DNA of 64,000 nucleotides from Candidatus Omnitrophota bacterium (GTDB taxonomy: Bacteria > Omnitrophota > Gorgyraeia > Gygaellales > Profunditerraquicolaceae): the NCBI GenBank assembly GCA_026387455.1, contig JAPLLR010000016.1:6358-70357 (forward strand), written 5' to 3'. Within the stretch, counting starts at the first letter, position 1. Every line of letters begins with the position of its first letter. The position numbers and the translations under genes are program-made. Positions 1 to 11,138 of this stretch are shown here, piece after piece. A model generated the notes under the pieces. That model was given only the letters and a program-made list of their open reading frames with translations. It made no database searches and was not told where the DNA came from.

Positions 1-1
1 C

Positions 2-529
2 GCTTTGTGTGTAGTGCAAATCGAAGTGATGCCAAGGCCTGATGAATGCAGGACCAGCGCCTATCCATGGCCAAAATATCCCCTGCTTCTTAAGACATCC
101 TCCAGCCACGAAGAAGGGGGAGAGCGACACTGGGCGGTATTGACAAAGAGCTTTATCGGGGAAAAGGGATGTGTAAAGAAGCTTTCTTGCGTAAGGGTGG
201 AGTTTACTCAAGAAAAGGCTTTAACCTGCGCTATTATGAAAGAGGTTAGGGGAAGCGAATTTGAGATCGAGGCGGATCTGGTGATACTGGCTATGGGTTT
301 TCTGCACCCTGAGCATCCGGGCCTGCTTACTGACTTGAAAGTCAAATTTGACGAGCGGGGCAATGTGTCAACTGATTCAAATTATGTGACCTCAGTGGAA
401 AAAGTTTTTTCCGCGGGAGATATGCGGCGCGGGCAATCGCTGGTGGTCTGGGCGATTTCAGAAGGAAGACGCGCAGCTTATTCTATAGACAAATACCTGA
501 TGGGTGAAAGCAATCTGGCGATTATATAG
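2..529 (+). CDS. gltD: Glutamate synthase small subunit-like NAD(P)H oxidoreductase, C-terminal part. The gene starts upstream of the window.
   Basis: The open frame runs off the 5' edge. The C-terminal motifs EADLVILAMGF and FSAGDMRRGQSLVVWAISEGRRAA are typical of GltD and pyridine-nucleotide-disulfide oxidoreductase C-termini. Confidence 0.55.
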   Translation, partial: ALCVVQIEVMPRPDECRTSAYPWPKYPLLLKTSSSHEEGGERHWAVLTKSFIGEKGCVKKLSCVRVEFTQEKALTCAIMKEVRGSEFEIEADLVILAMGFLHPEHPGLLTDLKVKFDERGNVSTDSNYVTSVEKVFSAGDMRRGQSLVVWAISEGRRAAYSIDKYLMGESNLAII

Positions 530-582
530 CACCCAACCTTATAGGACAGGTTGGTGTTCAGCTTTCTGCTGAAGGGGGTAAT

Positions 583-3150
583 ATGATAAGCACAGGGATA
601 AAAGGTTTAGACAATGTGATTACCGGACTTCGGGCCGGAGATAATGTAGTCTGGCAGATAGATGATATAGAAGACTATATCGACCTGGTGAAGCCGTTTG
701 TGCGCCAGGCCCTGGAGGAGAAAAAGAAAGTCATTTACATCAGGTTCGCTTCGCATAAAGAGCTGCTTAAACCTTCAAAAGAGATAAGGCGATATGAGCT
801 GAACGCTTATGCCGGTTTTGAGCCATTTACCACAAAGGTGAATAATATCATCACCCAGGAAGGTGTTGGCGCGTACTATGTTTTCGATTGTCTGTCGGAA
901 CTTCTTTTGGCTTGGGCTACTGACCTGATGATTGGTAACTTTTTTATGGTGACCTGCCCGTATCTTTATGAGCTTAAGACCCTGACTTATTTTTCGATAA
1001 TGCGTAATAACCATTCCTTTAAATCCATAGCCCGTATCCGCGAGACTACACAGCTATTAATGGATGTGTATCACTGTGAGGGCAATCGTTTTATTCATCC
1101 CTTAAAGGTCTGGAACCGTTATTCCCCTACGATGTTTCTGCCCCACCAAAAAGAAGGCGATAAGTTTATCCCTATAACTGACAGTGTGAATGTCACGAAC
1201 ATCCTAACCTATATCCGGGAAAAAGGTGCGGAGAGCGCAAAGAGGAATCTGGACTATTGGGACAGGCTGTTTCTTGAGGCAGAGGAGCTGATCAAGGGTA
1301 AGGCCTCAGAGGAGCGTAAGAAAGAGATGGTCAAGAGGCTTTGTAGCATCATGATCGCAAAGAATAAAAAGATACTATCTTTGGCAATAAGTAATTTTTC
1401 GCTTGAGGAGATCATCGATATAAAGTCCAGGCTGATAGGCACCGGGTTTATCGGCGGCAAAGCCGTGGGGATGCTTTTGGCCAGGAAAATACTTTTTAAA
1501 GCCAAACAGCTTGACTGGCAGAAGCTTTCTGAGCCGCATGATTCATTTTACATAGGTTCAGATATATTCTATTCATATGTCGTTGAGAACCGCTGGTGGA
1601 AATTGCATATGCAGCAGAAGACCGACGAGGGATATTTTAATATCGCTAAAGTCATGAAAGAAAAGATGCTCTACGGGGTTTTTCCGGAAGAGATCATGGA
1701 GCATTTCCAGCAGATCATAGAATACTTTGGTTCTTCTCCCATTATCGTGCGCTCAAGCTCGTTATTAGAGGATGATTTCGGAAACGCGTTTGCCGGAAAA
1801 TACGAAAGCATATTTTTGGCGAATCAGGGCACCCCCGAGCAAAGGTATATCCAGTTCGCAGAGGCGGTAAGAAATGTCTATACCAGCACTATGAATGAAG
1901 ACGCGCTTACTTACAGGAAGCAAAGGGGCCTGGATAAGTCGGATGAGCAAATGGCGCTTTTGGTGCAGCGGGTTTCTGGGGATTACCACAAACAGTATTT
2001 TTTTCCCGACCTTGCCGGAGTGGGAGTTTCCTACAATACTTATGTATGGAATAAAGAGATCAATCCTGAGGCGGGGATGCTCAGGCTGGTATTCGGCCTG
2101 GGCACCAGGGCAGTCAATCGCGTGGAAGGAGATTATCCCAGGATGGTGGCGCTGGATGATCCTTTACGCAGGCCCTATGCGGAAAAAGATGACCTGAGGA
2201 AATATTCGCAGCATGAGGTCGATCTCATAGACATCAAGGCCAATGAACTCAGGACTGTTCCTTTTGAAAAAGTTGTAAGCGAAAAATCCTATACCGATAT
2301 AAGTCGCGTAGCGGTAAAAGATTATGAGTCGATGAAGATGATGGCTGAAAGGGCGGGAAAAGACAAAGAGTATTGGATTCTAACGCTGGATAACTTGTTT
2401 AAGGATGATGCTTTGGCAGGTTCCCTGAAAAATATTCTGAAATCTCTTGAGAAAAGCTATTATTATCCTGTGGAGATAGAATTCACCGTAAACTTTATTA
2501 AGGACGGTACTTTTAAGATTAATCTTTTGCAATGTCGGCCGTTGCAGACGCGCGGTATCGGCAATAAAGTTACTATTCCCGAACAGGTGAAGAAAGAGAA
2601 TATCTTTTTTGAATCGCGTGGATATTTCTTGGGCGGGAATATTTCGCAGAAGATTTCCTGGATTATTTATGTGGATCCCGGAAAGTACACCAAGCTTGTG
2701 TTATCGGATAAGTATGAGGTCGCCCGCATAGTGGGTAAGTTAAACCGGATCATAAAAGATAAGGAGGAGCTCCCTACTCTTTTGATGGGCCCGGGCAGAT
2801 GGGGTACAACCACTCCTTCGTTGGGTGTATCAGTGAAATTCGCAGAGATCAATAATATAGCTGTCCTGGCAGAGGTTGCTTTTTCAGAAGGAAATCTTAT
2901 GCCGGAGCTTTCTTACGGAACGCACTTTTTCCAGGACTTGGTCGAGACAAATATATTCTACGTTGCGCTTTTTCCGGAGAAAAAAGAAGTGATTTTTAAT
3001 AAGGGGTTGTTTACGCAGTCAAAAAGTCTTTTTGGGGAACTTATACCCGAATCCACCAAGTTTGAGGATGTCGTCGGCGTCTACGATGTAAGTAGTAAGG
3101 GCTTAAAAATAATGTCAGATGTGGTGTCTCAGAGAGTGATATGTTTCTAA
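583..3150 (+). CDS. Large PEP/pyruvate-binding (PPDK_N, ATP-grasp) domain protein. It has an N-terminal degenerate KaiC/RecA-like domain and a C-terminal domain of unknown function.
   Basis: The N-terminus (TGIKGLDNVITGL...YVFDCLSELL) resembles a KaiC/RadA fold but has no Walker A motif. The middle matches PEP-synthase N-domain motifs (GGKAVGMLLARK; IVRSSSLLEDDFGNAFAGKYESIF; LQCRPLQT). No phospho-His swivel motif is seen. ATG follows a GAAGGGGG RBS. Confidence 0.6.
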   Translation: MISTGIKGLDNVITGLRAGDNVVWQIDDIEDYIDLVKPFVRQALEEKKKVIYIRFASHKELLKPSKEIRRYELNAYAGFEPFTTKVNNIITQEGVGAYYVFDCLSELLLAWATDLMIGNFFMVTCPYLYELKTLTYFSIMRNNHSFKSIARIRETTQLLMDVYHCEGNRFIHPLKVWNRYSPTMFLPHQKEGDKFIPITDSVNVTNILTYIREKGAESAKRNLDYWDRLFLEAEELIKGKASEERKKEMVKRLCSIMIAKNKKILSLAISNFSLEEIIDIKSRLIGTGFIGGKAVGMLLARKILFKAKQLDWQKLSEPHDSFYIGSDIFYSYVVENRWWKLHMQQKTDEGYFNIAKVMKEKMLYGVFPEEIMEHFQQIIEYFGSSPIIVRSSSLLEDDFGNAFAGKYESIFLANQGTPEQRYIQFAEAVRNVYTSTMNEDALTYRKQRGLDKSDEQMALLVQRVSGDYHKQYFFPDLAGVGVSYNTYVWNKEINPEAGMLRLVFGLGTRAVNRVEGDYPRMVALDDPLRRPYAEKDDLRKYSQHEVDLIDIKANELRTVPFEKVVSEKSYTDISRVAVKDYESMKMMAERAGKDKEYWILTLDNLFKDDALAGSLKNILKSLEKSYYYPVEIEFTVNFIKDGTFKINLLQCRPLQTRGIGNKVTIPEQVKKENIFFESRGYFLGGNISQKISWIIYVDPGKYTKLVLSDKYEVARIVGKLNRIIKDKEELPTLLMGPGRWGTTTPSLGVSVKFAEINNIAVLAEVAFSEGNLMPELSYGTHFFQDLVETNIFYVALFPEKKEVIFNKGLFTQSKSLFGELIPESTKFEDVVGVYDVSSKGLKIMSDVVSQRVICF

Positions 3151-3161
3151 CTTTTAAGAAC

Positions 3162-4127
3162 TTACCATTTGAATCCTATCCCCGCTTTGACGGTTACGTC
3201 TTTGCCATCTTTTAGTGCCTGTAAAAAGATATCGCCGCAGCCGTTAAGGATAGATTTGTTAAGTTTCAGGTTTATTCCCAGTTCTTTGTGTAGGTTGTTT
3301 CTTAATTTTAATTCAAGATTTGTCCTGTTTGCAATCCTGCACTCTGCCCCAAAGACGATGCTGCGGATCTTTCCTTCTTCGTAAGGCATCTCAAATAAGA
3401 GTCCGAGTTTTTCGAATATTCTCCACGAGCCAAAGAGCAGAAGTTTTTTCTTCTCTGGCTTTAAACCTATTCCTAGTTCGTATTCCAGACCACGCTTTGC
3501 CGGCTTACCCAGACTCACCTGAAAATTGAATCCGGAGTCTAACTCTTTATTCAGGACATAGGATACGCGGTTTTTCTCGGTTATATCCCAGTAGCCTTTA
3601 AAGGTGATGCTGTGGGCAATTTTTTCCTTTCGCTTTAAGCCGGTCTTGGTATAGGTATAAATGATTTGATTTTGTTTGTTCACTTCCCAGGCGCCGACAA
3701 GGATAAGGGTGTCGTATAAGTCATTTTCTTTTGCTATTAGGAAGCTGAGCCGATTATAAGCATCAACCTGCCATTTTCCGCTAAGTTTTAGTATGCTCAG
3801 GTGTGTCCTGCCTGTGGAATCTTTGCTGGTTATACTGAAGGCTAGCTCATCAGCTCTTGCGTCGATGATCTCGCCGGCTAGGGTCAACTTGTCTGCGGAC
3901 GGATTATTTTCTCTATCCAGCGTAAGTGCTAGATTGTGCCCATTATCCAAAGACCACTTTCCTGAAAGTCTTAGCTGTTGTGGTACGCCTGAGGGCAGGG
4001 GCTGTTTGACGCGGTAGGTAAGGGCGTTAGTTCTATCGATATCAAACTCTCCATCCAGCGCTACGCGCATGATTTTGAGCCTGCCGGAGGGGTCGATACC
4101 GTATTCTACTGTTTCATTCTTTCGCAT
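3162..4127 (-). CDS. Hypothetical protein, beta-rich and repetitive, with no signal peptide.
   Basis: A 321-aa ORF convergent with the upstream gene. It has a repetitive K/G/L-rich beta-strand-like composition and no recognisable motif. Confidence 0.4.
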   Translation of the reverse strand: MRKNETVEYGIDPSGRLKIMRVALDGEFDIDRTNALTYRVKQPLPSGVPQQLRLSGKWSLDNGHNLALTLDRENNPSADKLTLAGEIIDARADELAFSITSKDSTGRTHLSILKLSGKWQVDAYNRLSFLIAKENDLYDTLILVGAWEVNKQNQIIYTYTKTGLKRKEKIAHSITFKGYWDITEKNRVSYVLNKELDSGFNFQVSLGKPAKRGLEYELGIGLKPEKKKLLLFGSWRIFEKLGLLFEMPYEEGKIRSIVFGAECRIANRTNLELKLRNNLHKELGINLKLNKSILNGCGDIFLQALKDGKDVTVKAGIGFKW

Positions 4128-4281
4128 TTATTAATAATAGCACAGCCGGTAGGCAAATCCTATTGTAAAGGTATATTTTTCGCGGTAGAATATTGATTCG
4201 CACGAGAGAAAGTTTAGAGCTCATTTTACCCCCAATTTTATGGGATAAATTGGGGTTGAGCTTGTGCTCAAGGAGGAAAAG

Positions 4282-5235
4282 ATGTTTAGAGAAAAAATTA
4301 AAGTTTTAGACTGCACTATCAGGGACGGTGGTTTGATCAACGATCATGATTTTGACCTGCGCTTTGTGCGCGCGGTGTATAAGGCGTTGGCTGAGGCAGG
4401 CGTCGATTATATGGAGATCGGGTATAAGAACTCCAAGAAGCTTTTTGACCCTAAAAAGTTCGGGAAATGGAAATTTTGCGATGATGATGATATCAGAAAA
4501 GTCATAGAGGGCATAGAATCCAAGACCAAGATCTCGGTGATGGTGGATGTGGATAGGGTAGATATGGACGATATCTGCCTTAAAAAAGACAGTCCCGTGG
4601 ATATGGTTAGGGTTGCTACTTACATTAAAGACGTGGATAAAGCCATACATCTTGAGAACAACTTTGCTGTCAAGGGGTATGAGACTGCGGTGAATATCAT
4701 GGCCATATCTAAGACCCTGGATAATGAGCTTACTGAATGCCTGTATCAGCTGGAACAGGAGAGCAAGGCAAAAATAATTTACATCGTGGACAGTTTCGGA
4801 TCTCTTTATCAGGAGACCACCGAGTTCCTGATCAAGAAAGCAAAGCATATCCTCAAGACCAAAGAGGTAGGAATTCATGCCCATAATAACCAGCAGCTGG
4901 CTTTTGCCAACAGCATTGAGGCGATTATTCACGATGCCAATTATGTGGATTCTACTATCTACGGCATGGGCCGAGCCGCAGGAAATTGTCCTACGGAATT
5001 ATTATTGGGATTCTTAAAGAATCCCAAATATGATATCCGGCCGGTCCTGGATGTGATCTCTAAAGAGTTCATTCCTTTGAGGGAGAAGATGGAGTGGGGT
5101 TATATTATCCCTCATGCTATTACGGGAATTCTTGATGAGCATCCGCGTACGGCAATAGCTTTGCGCGAGAGCGACAAGAAGGAAGATTATCGTGAGTTTT
5201 GGGAGAGCTTGGTAGGAGAGGATGACGGGGAGTAA
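4282..5235 (+). CDS. HMGL-like aldolase (4-hydroxy-2-oxovalerate aldolase / pyruvate carboxyltransferase family).
   Basis: The N-terminal motif VLDCTIRDGG and the HAHNN motif are typical of DmpG/LeuA-like TIM-barrel aldolases. The start is taken at the ATG after the GCTCAAGGAGG RBS; the ORF track begins at an upstream GTG. Confidence 0.6.
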   Translation: MFREKIKVLDCTIRDGGLINDHDFDLRFVRAVYKALAEAGVDYMEIGYKNSKKLFDPKKFGKWKFCDDDDIRKVIEGIESKTKISVMVDVDRVDMDDICLKKDSPVDMVRVATYIKDVDKAIHLENNFAVKGYETAVNIMAISKTLDNELTECLYQLEQESKAKIIYIVDSFGSLYQETTEFLIKKAKHILKTKEVGIHAHNNQQLAFANSIEAIIHDANYVDSTIYGMGRAAGNCPTELLLGFLKNPKYDIRPVLDVISKEFIPLREKMEWGYIIPHAITGILDEHPRTAIALRESDKKEDYREFWESLVGEDDGE

Positions 5236-5868
5236 ATGGACGTAGCAATTTTCAAGAAAAAGCCGCTTTTGGGAATTTTGCGTGGAGTAAGTGCTGAATG
5301 TATCGAGCCGCTGGTTGAAACAATGGTAGCCTCAGGCTTAGAGACCATAGAGATCACCATGAATACAGCGAATGCCCCGGAATTGATCAAGAAGGCAAAG
5401 CAACTCGCGAGGGGGCGTTTGGTGATTGGCGCTGGGACTGTGCTTACCCTGGATAGTCTCAAAAACGCTTTGGATAGCGGAGCTACCTTTATAGTGACTC
5501 CGGTGTTAGTGGAGGATGTAGTCGGGTATTGCGTCAAGAATAAAATTCCGGTTTTTCCCGGAGCGCTGACCCCGACAGAGATTTATCATACTTGGCAGGC
5601 GGGGGCTACAATGGTAAAAGTCTTCCCGGCAAAATTATTCGGTCCGGGATATTTTCGCGAGATCCGCGGGCCGTTTGATGATATTCAGCTTTTAGCCTGT
5701 GCCGGAGTGACGCCGGAGAATATGTCAGAGTATTTTGCTTGCGGAGCTAACGCGGTTTCTTTCGGGGCAAGCGTTTTTAGAAGAGAGTGGCTGGAGGCAG
5801 GAGATTTTAAGGCAATCGGTGAGGCAGTAGAAAGGTATATCGACGCCGCGAAAAAGAATATTATTTAA
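5236..5868 (+). CDS. eda: 2-dehydro-3-deoxyphosphogluconate / 4-hydroxy-2-oxoglutarate aldolase (KDPG aldolase family).
   Basis: Matches the Eda family pattern (LGILRGVSAE...ETIEITMNT...GAGTVLT...FIVTP). The start overlaps the stop of the upstream gene. Confidence 0.7.
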   Translation: MDVAIFKKKPLLGILRGVSAECIEPLVETMVASGLETIEITMNTANAPELIKKAKQLARGRLVIGAGTVLTLDSLKNALDSGATFIVTPVLVEDVVGYCVKNKIPVFPGALTPTEIYHTWQAGATMVKVFPAKLFGPGYFREIRGPFDDIQLLACAGVTPENMSEYFACGANAVSFGASVFRREWLEAGDFKAIGEAVERYIDAAKKNII

Positions 5869-5870
5869 GG

Positions 5871-5898
5871 TTGACAATTTTAGGAAATGTGCTATACT
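5871..5898 (+). promoter_or_regulatory. Sigma70-like promoter (TTGACA, 16-nt spacer, TATACT) with a leader of about 120 nt for the cold-shock gene.
   Basis: Near-consensus -35 and -10 hexamers with correct spacing. Long 5' UTRs are typical of cspA-type genes. Confidence 0.5.
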
Positions 5899-6018
5899 CC
5901 TTTCAGTAGTAAATAAGATTAGGAGTCTAGAGGCCGCGAGGTTTTTGATAACTAACCTGGCGGTTTTTTTATATCTGCTGTTATTTACTATAAATTGAAG
6001 GGAAGGAGGTAGTAAATA

Positions 6019-6219
6019 ATGGCAAAAGGAAAAGTGAAGTGGTTTTCAGATCAGAAGGGTTATGGGTTTATCACACCTGAGTCGGGTAGCGATGTGTTTG
6101 TGCATCATAGCGCGATCCAGGGTGAGGGCTATAAGTCTTTAGCCGAAGGACAGGATGTCGAGTTTGATATCGAAAAAGGTCCTAAGGGTGAGCAGGCTAC
6201 TAAAGTTGTAAAACTTTAA
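6019..6219 (+). CDS. cspA: Cold-shock protein (CspA family).
   Basis: [34 protein letters not shown]... is a canonical cold-shock domain with RNP1/RNP2 motifs. A strong AGGAGG RBS is present. Confidence 0.9.
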   Translation: MAKGKVKWFSDQKGYGFITPESGSDVFVHHSAIQGEGYKSLAEGQDVEFDIEKGPKGEQATKVVKL

Positions 6220-6228
6220 CCTGATTCA

Positions 6229-6266
6229 AACAAAGCCCGGCTTCATAAAGAGGCCGGGCTTTTTAT
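6229..6266 (+). terminator. Rho-independent terminator after the first csp gene.
   Basis: AAGCCCGGC-ttcataaagag-GCCGGGCTTTTTATTT: a perfect GC-rich stem followed by a T-tract. Confidence 0.8.
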
Positions 6267-6315
6267 TTGCCCCTGTGGGGTATTTTACTTACCCCTAATA
6301 GAGGGCTTATATTAA

Positions 6316-6374
6316 CCCCTCGCCTAAACATCCCGAAAATCTCTTCGATATTTTCGGGATAGGCTTCGGGGTAG
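6316..6374 (+). repeat. Structured intergenic element, copy A: CCTCGCCTAAAC - hairpin - AGGCTTCGGG. The stems differ between copies but stay base-paired.
   Basis: Shares its flanks with copies at 33103-33168 (+) and 59164-59230 (-). The central 11-bp stem has a different sequence in each copy but remains self-complementary. Confidence 0.6.
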
Positions 6375-6458
6375 GCCCCTTCCTTAATAGGATAGGAAGG
6401 GCCACCCCCGTGGGGTAGTTTACCTACCCGTAATAGCGGGTAAATTAAGGAGGTTCTT

Positions 6459-6659
6459 ATGCATACAGGAACAATCAAGAAATTGGTCCGCGAAAGAGGT
6501 TTTGGTTTTGTCAGTGATACAGACGGCAGAGAGTTGTTCTTTCACCAGTCTGGGCTGATTGACGCTAAGTTTGATACTTTAAATGAGGGGCAGGCGGTAA
6601 CTTTTGAGGTTGAGAAATCAGATAAGGGGCCGCGGGCGATCGATGTGCGCATTGCCTAA
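6459..6659 (+). CDS. Cold-shock domain protein (second copy).
   Basis: GTIKKLVRERGFGFVSDTDGRELFFHQSGL is a cold-shock domain. An AAGGAGG RBS lies 7 nt upstream. Confidence 0.85.
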   Translation: MHTGTIKKLVRERGFGFVSDTDGRELFFHQSGLIDAKFDTLNEGQAVTFEVEKSDKGPRAIDVRIA

Positions 6660-6699
6660 GCTTAGGAGCGCTTTCGCAGGGAAAATTTATTGAAAAAAT

Positions 6700-8388
<1,689 letters not shown>

Positions 8389-8389
<1 letters not shown>

Positions 8390-9492
8390 TGAAAGAAGCG
8401 ATTTTAGCCCTAGAAGACGGAAAGATTTTTAAAGGGAAATCTTTTGGCGCCCAAGGTGAGCGGACCGGCGAGGTGGTTTTTAACACCAGCATGTCCGGAT
8501 ACCAGGAGATCATTACTGATCCTTCCTATAAGGGCCAGATTGTGACTATGACCTATCCTTTAATGGGTAATTATGGTGTAAACACCGAAGACGTGGAGTC
8601 GCGTAAGCCGTATCTCGAAGGTTTTGCGGTACATGTTTACAGCAAGATTGCAAGCAACTGGCGCAAGGATCAAGCGCTGGGAGACTATCTTAAGGAGAAT
8701 AATATTCTAGGTATTGAAGGTATTGATACCCGTGCTCTTACCTTGCATATTCGTTTAGCTGGTGCGATGAAAGCGGTTTTATCTACCGTAGACCTGAATG
8801 AGAAAAGATTAATAGAGAAAGCTAGAAAATCCAAAGGCCTGGTGGGAGTAGATCTGGTCAAAGAGGTTACTTGCACTAAGAAATATATTTGGGGTAAGAT
8901 AAAGAAGGCAAAATACAGGGTGGTGGTTCTGGATTGCGGAGTTAAATATAATATCCTGCGTGAGTTGTTTAAGCGCGGATGCGAAGTGATGGTAATGCCG
9001 GCAACTGTTAATAGCGGTGAGATCCTTAAACTTAAGCCTCATGGCTTGCTGCTTTCAAATGGGCCCGGTGACCCCGCGGCAGTGAGATATGTGGTTACGA
9101 CTGTAGTCCAGCTTATCGGAAAATTGCCGATTTTCGGGATATGTCTTGGTCAGCAGATGTTGGGTTTGGGCTTGGGGGCAGATACCTATAAATTAAAGTT
9201 CGGACACCACGGAGCCAATCAGCCGGTGATGGATCTGAAGACGAAAAAAGTTTTGATTACTAGTCAGAATCACGGATTTTGCGTTAATATTGATTCATTA
9301 CTAAGGAAGAATATCGAGATCACTCATGTTAATTTAAACGACAATACTCTGGAAGGGTTTAAGCATAAGAAATTTCCGGTGTTCTGCGTGCAGTTTCATC
9401 CTGAGGCTTCTCCCGGTCCGCACGATGCCGAATATTTATTTGATAATTTTATCCAGCTGATGAAAAAACATGCCAAAAAGAACAGATATTAA
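8389..9492 (+). CDS. carA: Carbamoyl-phosphate synthase small (glutaminase) subunit.
   Basis: Matches the CarA N-domain and its type-I glutamine amidotransferase domain (GICLGQQ...HGAN). Its start overlaps the pyrG stop. Confidence 0.9.
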
Positions 9493-11128
9493 GAAGATTT
9501 TAATAATCGGCTCGGGCCCGATAGTAATCGGCCAAGGCTGTGAATTTGATTATTCCGGCACCCAGGCCTGCAAGGTTTTGAAGCAGGAGGGGTTTGAGGT
9601 GGTGCTGGTGAATTCTAATCCAGCGACTATTATGACTGATCCCCAGCTGGCGGACCGGACTTATGTGGAGCCGATCACCCCGGAAATGGTGGCTAAGATA
9701 ATCAAGAAAGAGCGTCCGGATGCGTTGTTGCCCACTTTAGGCGGGCAAACCGCGTTGAATACCGCGGTGGCCCTGGCTGAAATGGGGGTCTTAAAGAAAT
9801 TTAAAGTTGAGACAATCGGGGCAAATATTAAAGCCATCAAAAAAGGCGAAGACAGAAGGCTTTTTAAGGAGGCGATGCTCAAAATCGGCTTAGATCTTCC
9901 CAAAAGTGATAAGGCCTATAAATTGGACGAGGCCTGCAAAGTCGCTGAAAAAATCGGTTTTCCGGTTATCATCCGGCCGAGTTTTACTCTAGGTGGCACT
10001 GGAGGAAGCGTGGCTTATAATGCAGAGGAATTCAGAGTCCTTGCCAAGCACGGTTTAGAATCCAGCATGATCAGCGAGATCCTGGTCGAGGAATCTGTGG
10101 CGGGATGGAAAGAATTTGAGCTGGAGGTTATGCGCGACCTGAAAGATAATGTAGTGATCATCTGTTCTATTGAGAACCTTGATCCCATGGGCGTACATAC
10201 CGGAGACAGCATTACTGTGGCACCCATTCAGACTCTGACCGATAAGGAATATCAGAAGATGCGCGATGCGGCTATTGCCTGTATTCGGGAAATCGGGGTT
10301 GAGACGGGTGGATCGAATATTCAGTTTGCCCTAAACCCTGATAATGGTCGCATGGTAGTGATTGAGATGAACCCCAGGGTCTCCAGAAGTTCTGCTTTGG
10401 CTTCCAAGGCTACAGGTTTTCCTATCGCGAAAATCGCGGCAAAGTTAGCTGTTGGGTATACTCTGGATGAGATTCCCAATGATATTACCCGCGTGACCCC
10501 CGCCTGTTTTGAGCCTTCTATAGATTACTGCGTGGTGAAGATCCCGCGCTTTACTTTTGAGAAATTCCCTTCCGCGGATTCTACCCTTACGGTTTCCATG
10601 AAGAGCGTGGGAGAAGCGATGTCCATAGGCAGGACTTTTAAGGAGTCTTTGCAAAAAGGCCTGCGTTCCCTTGAAATCAAGAAGTTTGGTTTAGAGAGCA
10701 TGCTTTTTACGGATATCAGAAATATTAAGATGGCTTGTGACACCCTGGAAATTATCTATCAAAAACTTGTGGTTCCCAATGCAGAGAGGATCTTTTATCT
10801 GGGGGATGCTTTTCGTGCCGGAGTGGGCATAGAGAAGATCTTTGAGCTGACTAAAATCGATCGCTGGTTCCTTTATAATATTAAAGAGATAATTGATTTG
10901 GAAAAGGAGATCGTAAAGGCCGCAAGCGTTAGTAAAGAATTATTGAAACAGGCCAAGGATTGCGGGTTTTCTGACCGACAACTGGCCAAACTTTTAGGCA
11001 AAAAAGAAGAAGATATCTATAAGCTGCGTAAGTTCTTTGGTATTACACCAGCCTTTAAATTAGTGGATACCTGTGCTGCGGAATTTCAGGCGCACACGCC
11101 GTATTTTTACTCTACCTACGATAAATAA
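9470..11128 (+). CDS. carB: Carbamoyl-phosphate synthase large subunit, N-terminal half only (split carB).
   Basis: The N-terminus [24 protein letters not shown] is followed by the first ATP-grasp and oligomerisation domains. The protein ends at ...YFYSTYDK, which is the mid-protein domain boundary (552 aa versus about 1070 aa for a full CarB). Confidence 0.8.
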   Translation: MPKRTDIKKILIIGSGPIVIGQGCEFDYSGTQACKVLKQEGFEVVLVNSNPATIMTDPQLADRTYVEPITPEMVAKIIKKERPDALLPTLGGQTALNTAVALAEMGVLKKFKVETIGANIKAIKKGEDRRLFKEAMLKIGLDLPKSDKAYKLDEACKVAEKIGFPVIIRPSFTLGGTGGSVAYNAEEFRVLAKHGLESSMISEILVEESVAGWKEFELEVMRDLKDNVVIICSIENLDPMGVHTGDSITVAPIQTLTDKEYQKMRDAAIACIREIGVETGGSNIQFALNPDNGRMVVIEMNPRVSRSSALASKATGFPIAKIAAKLAVGYTLDEIPNDITRVTPACFEPSIDYCVVKIPRFTFEKFPSADSTLTVSMKSVGEAMSIGRTFKESLQKGLRSLEIKKFGLESMLFTDIRNIKMACDTLEIIYQKLVVPNAERIFYLGDAFRAGVGIEKIFELTKIDRWFLYNIKEIIDLEKEIVKAASVSKELLKQAKDCGFSDRQLAKLLGKKEEDIYKLRKFFGITPAFKLVDTCAAEFQAHTPYFYSTYDK

Positions 11129-11138
11129 GGTTGTAAAT

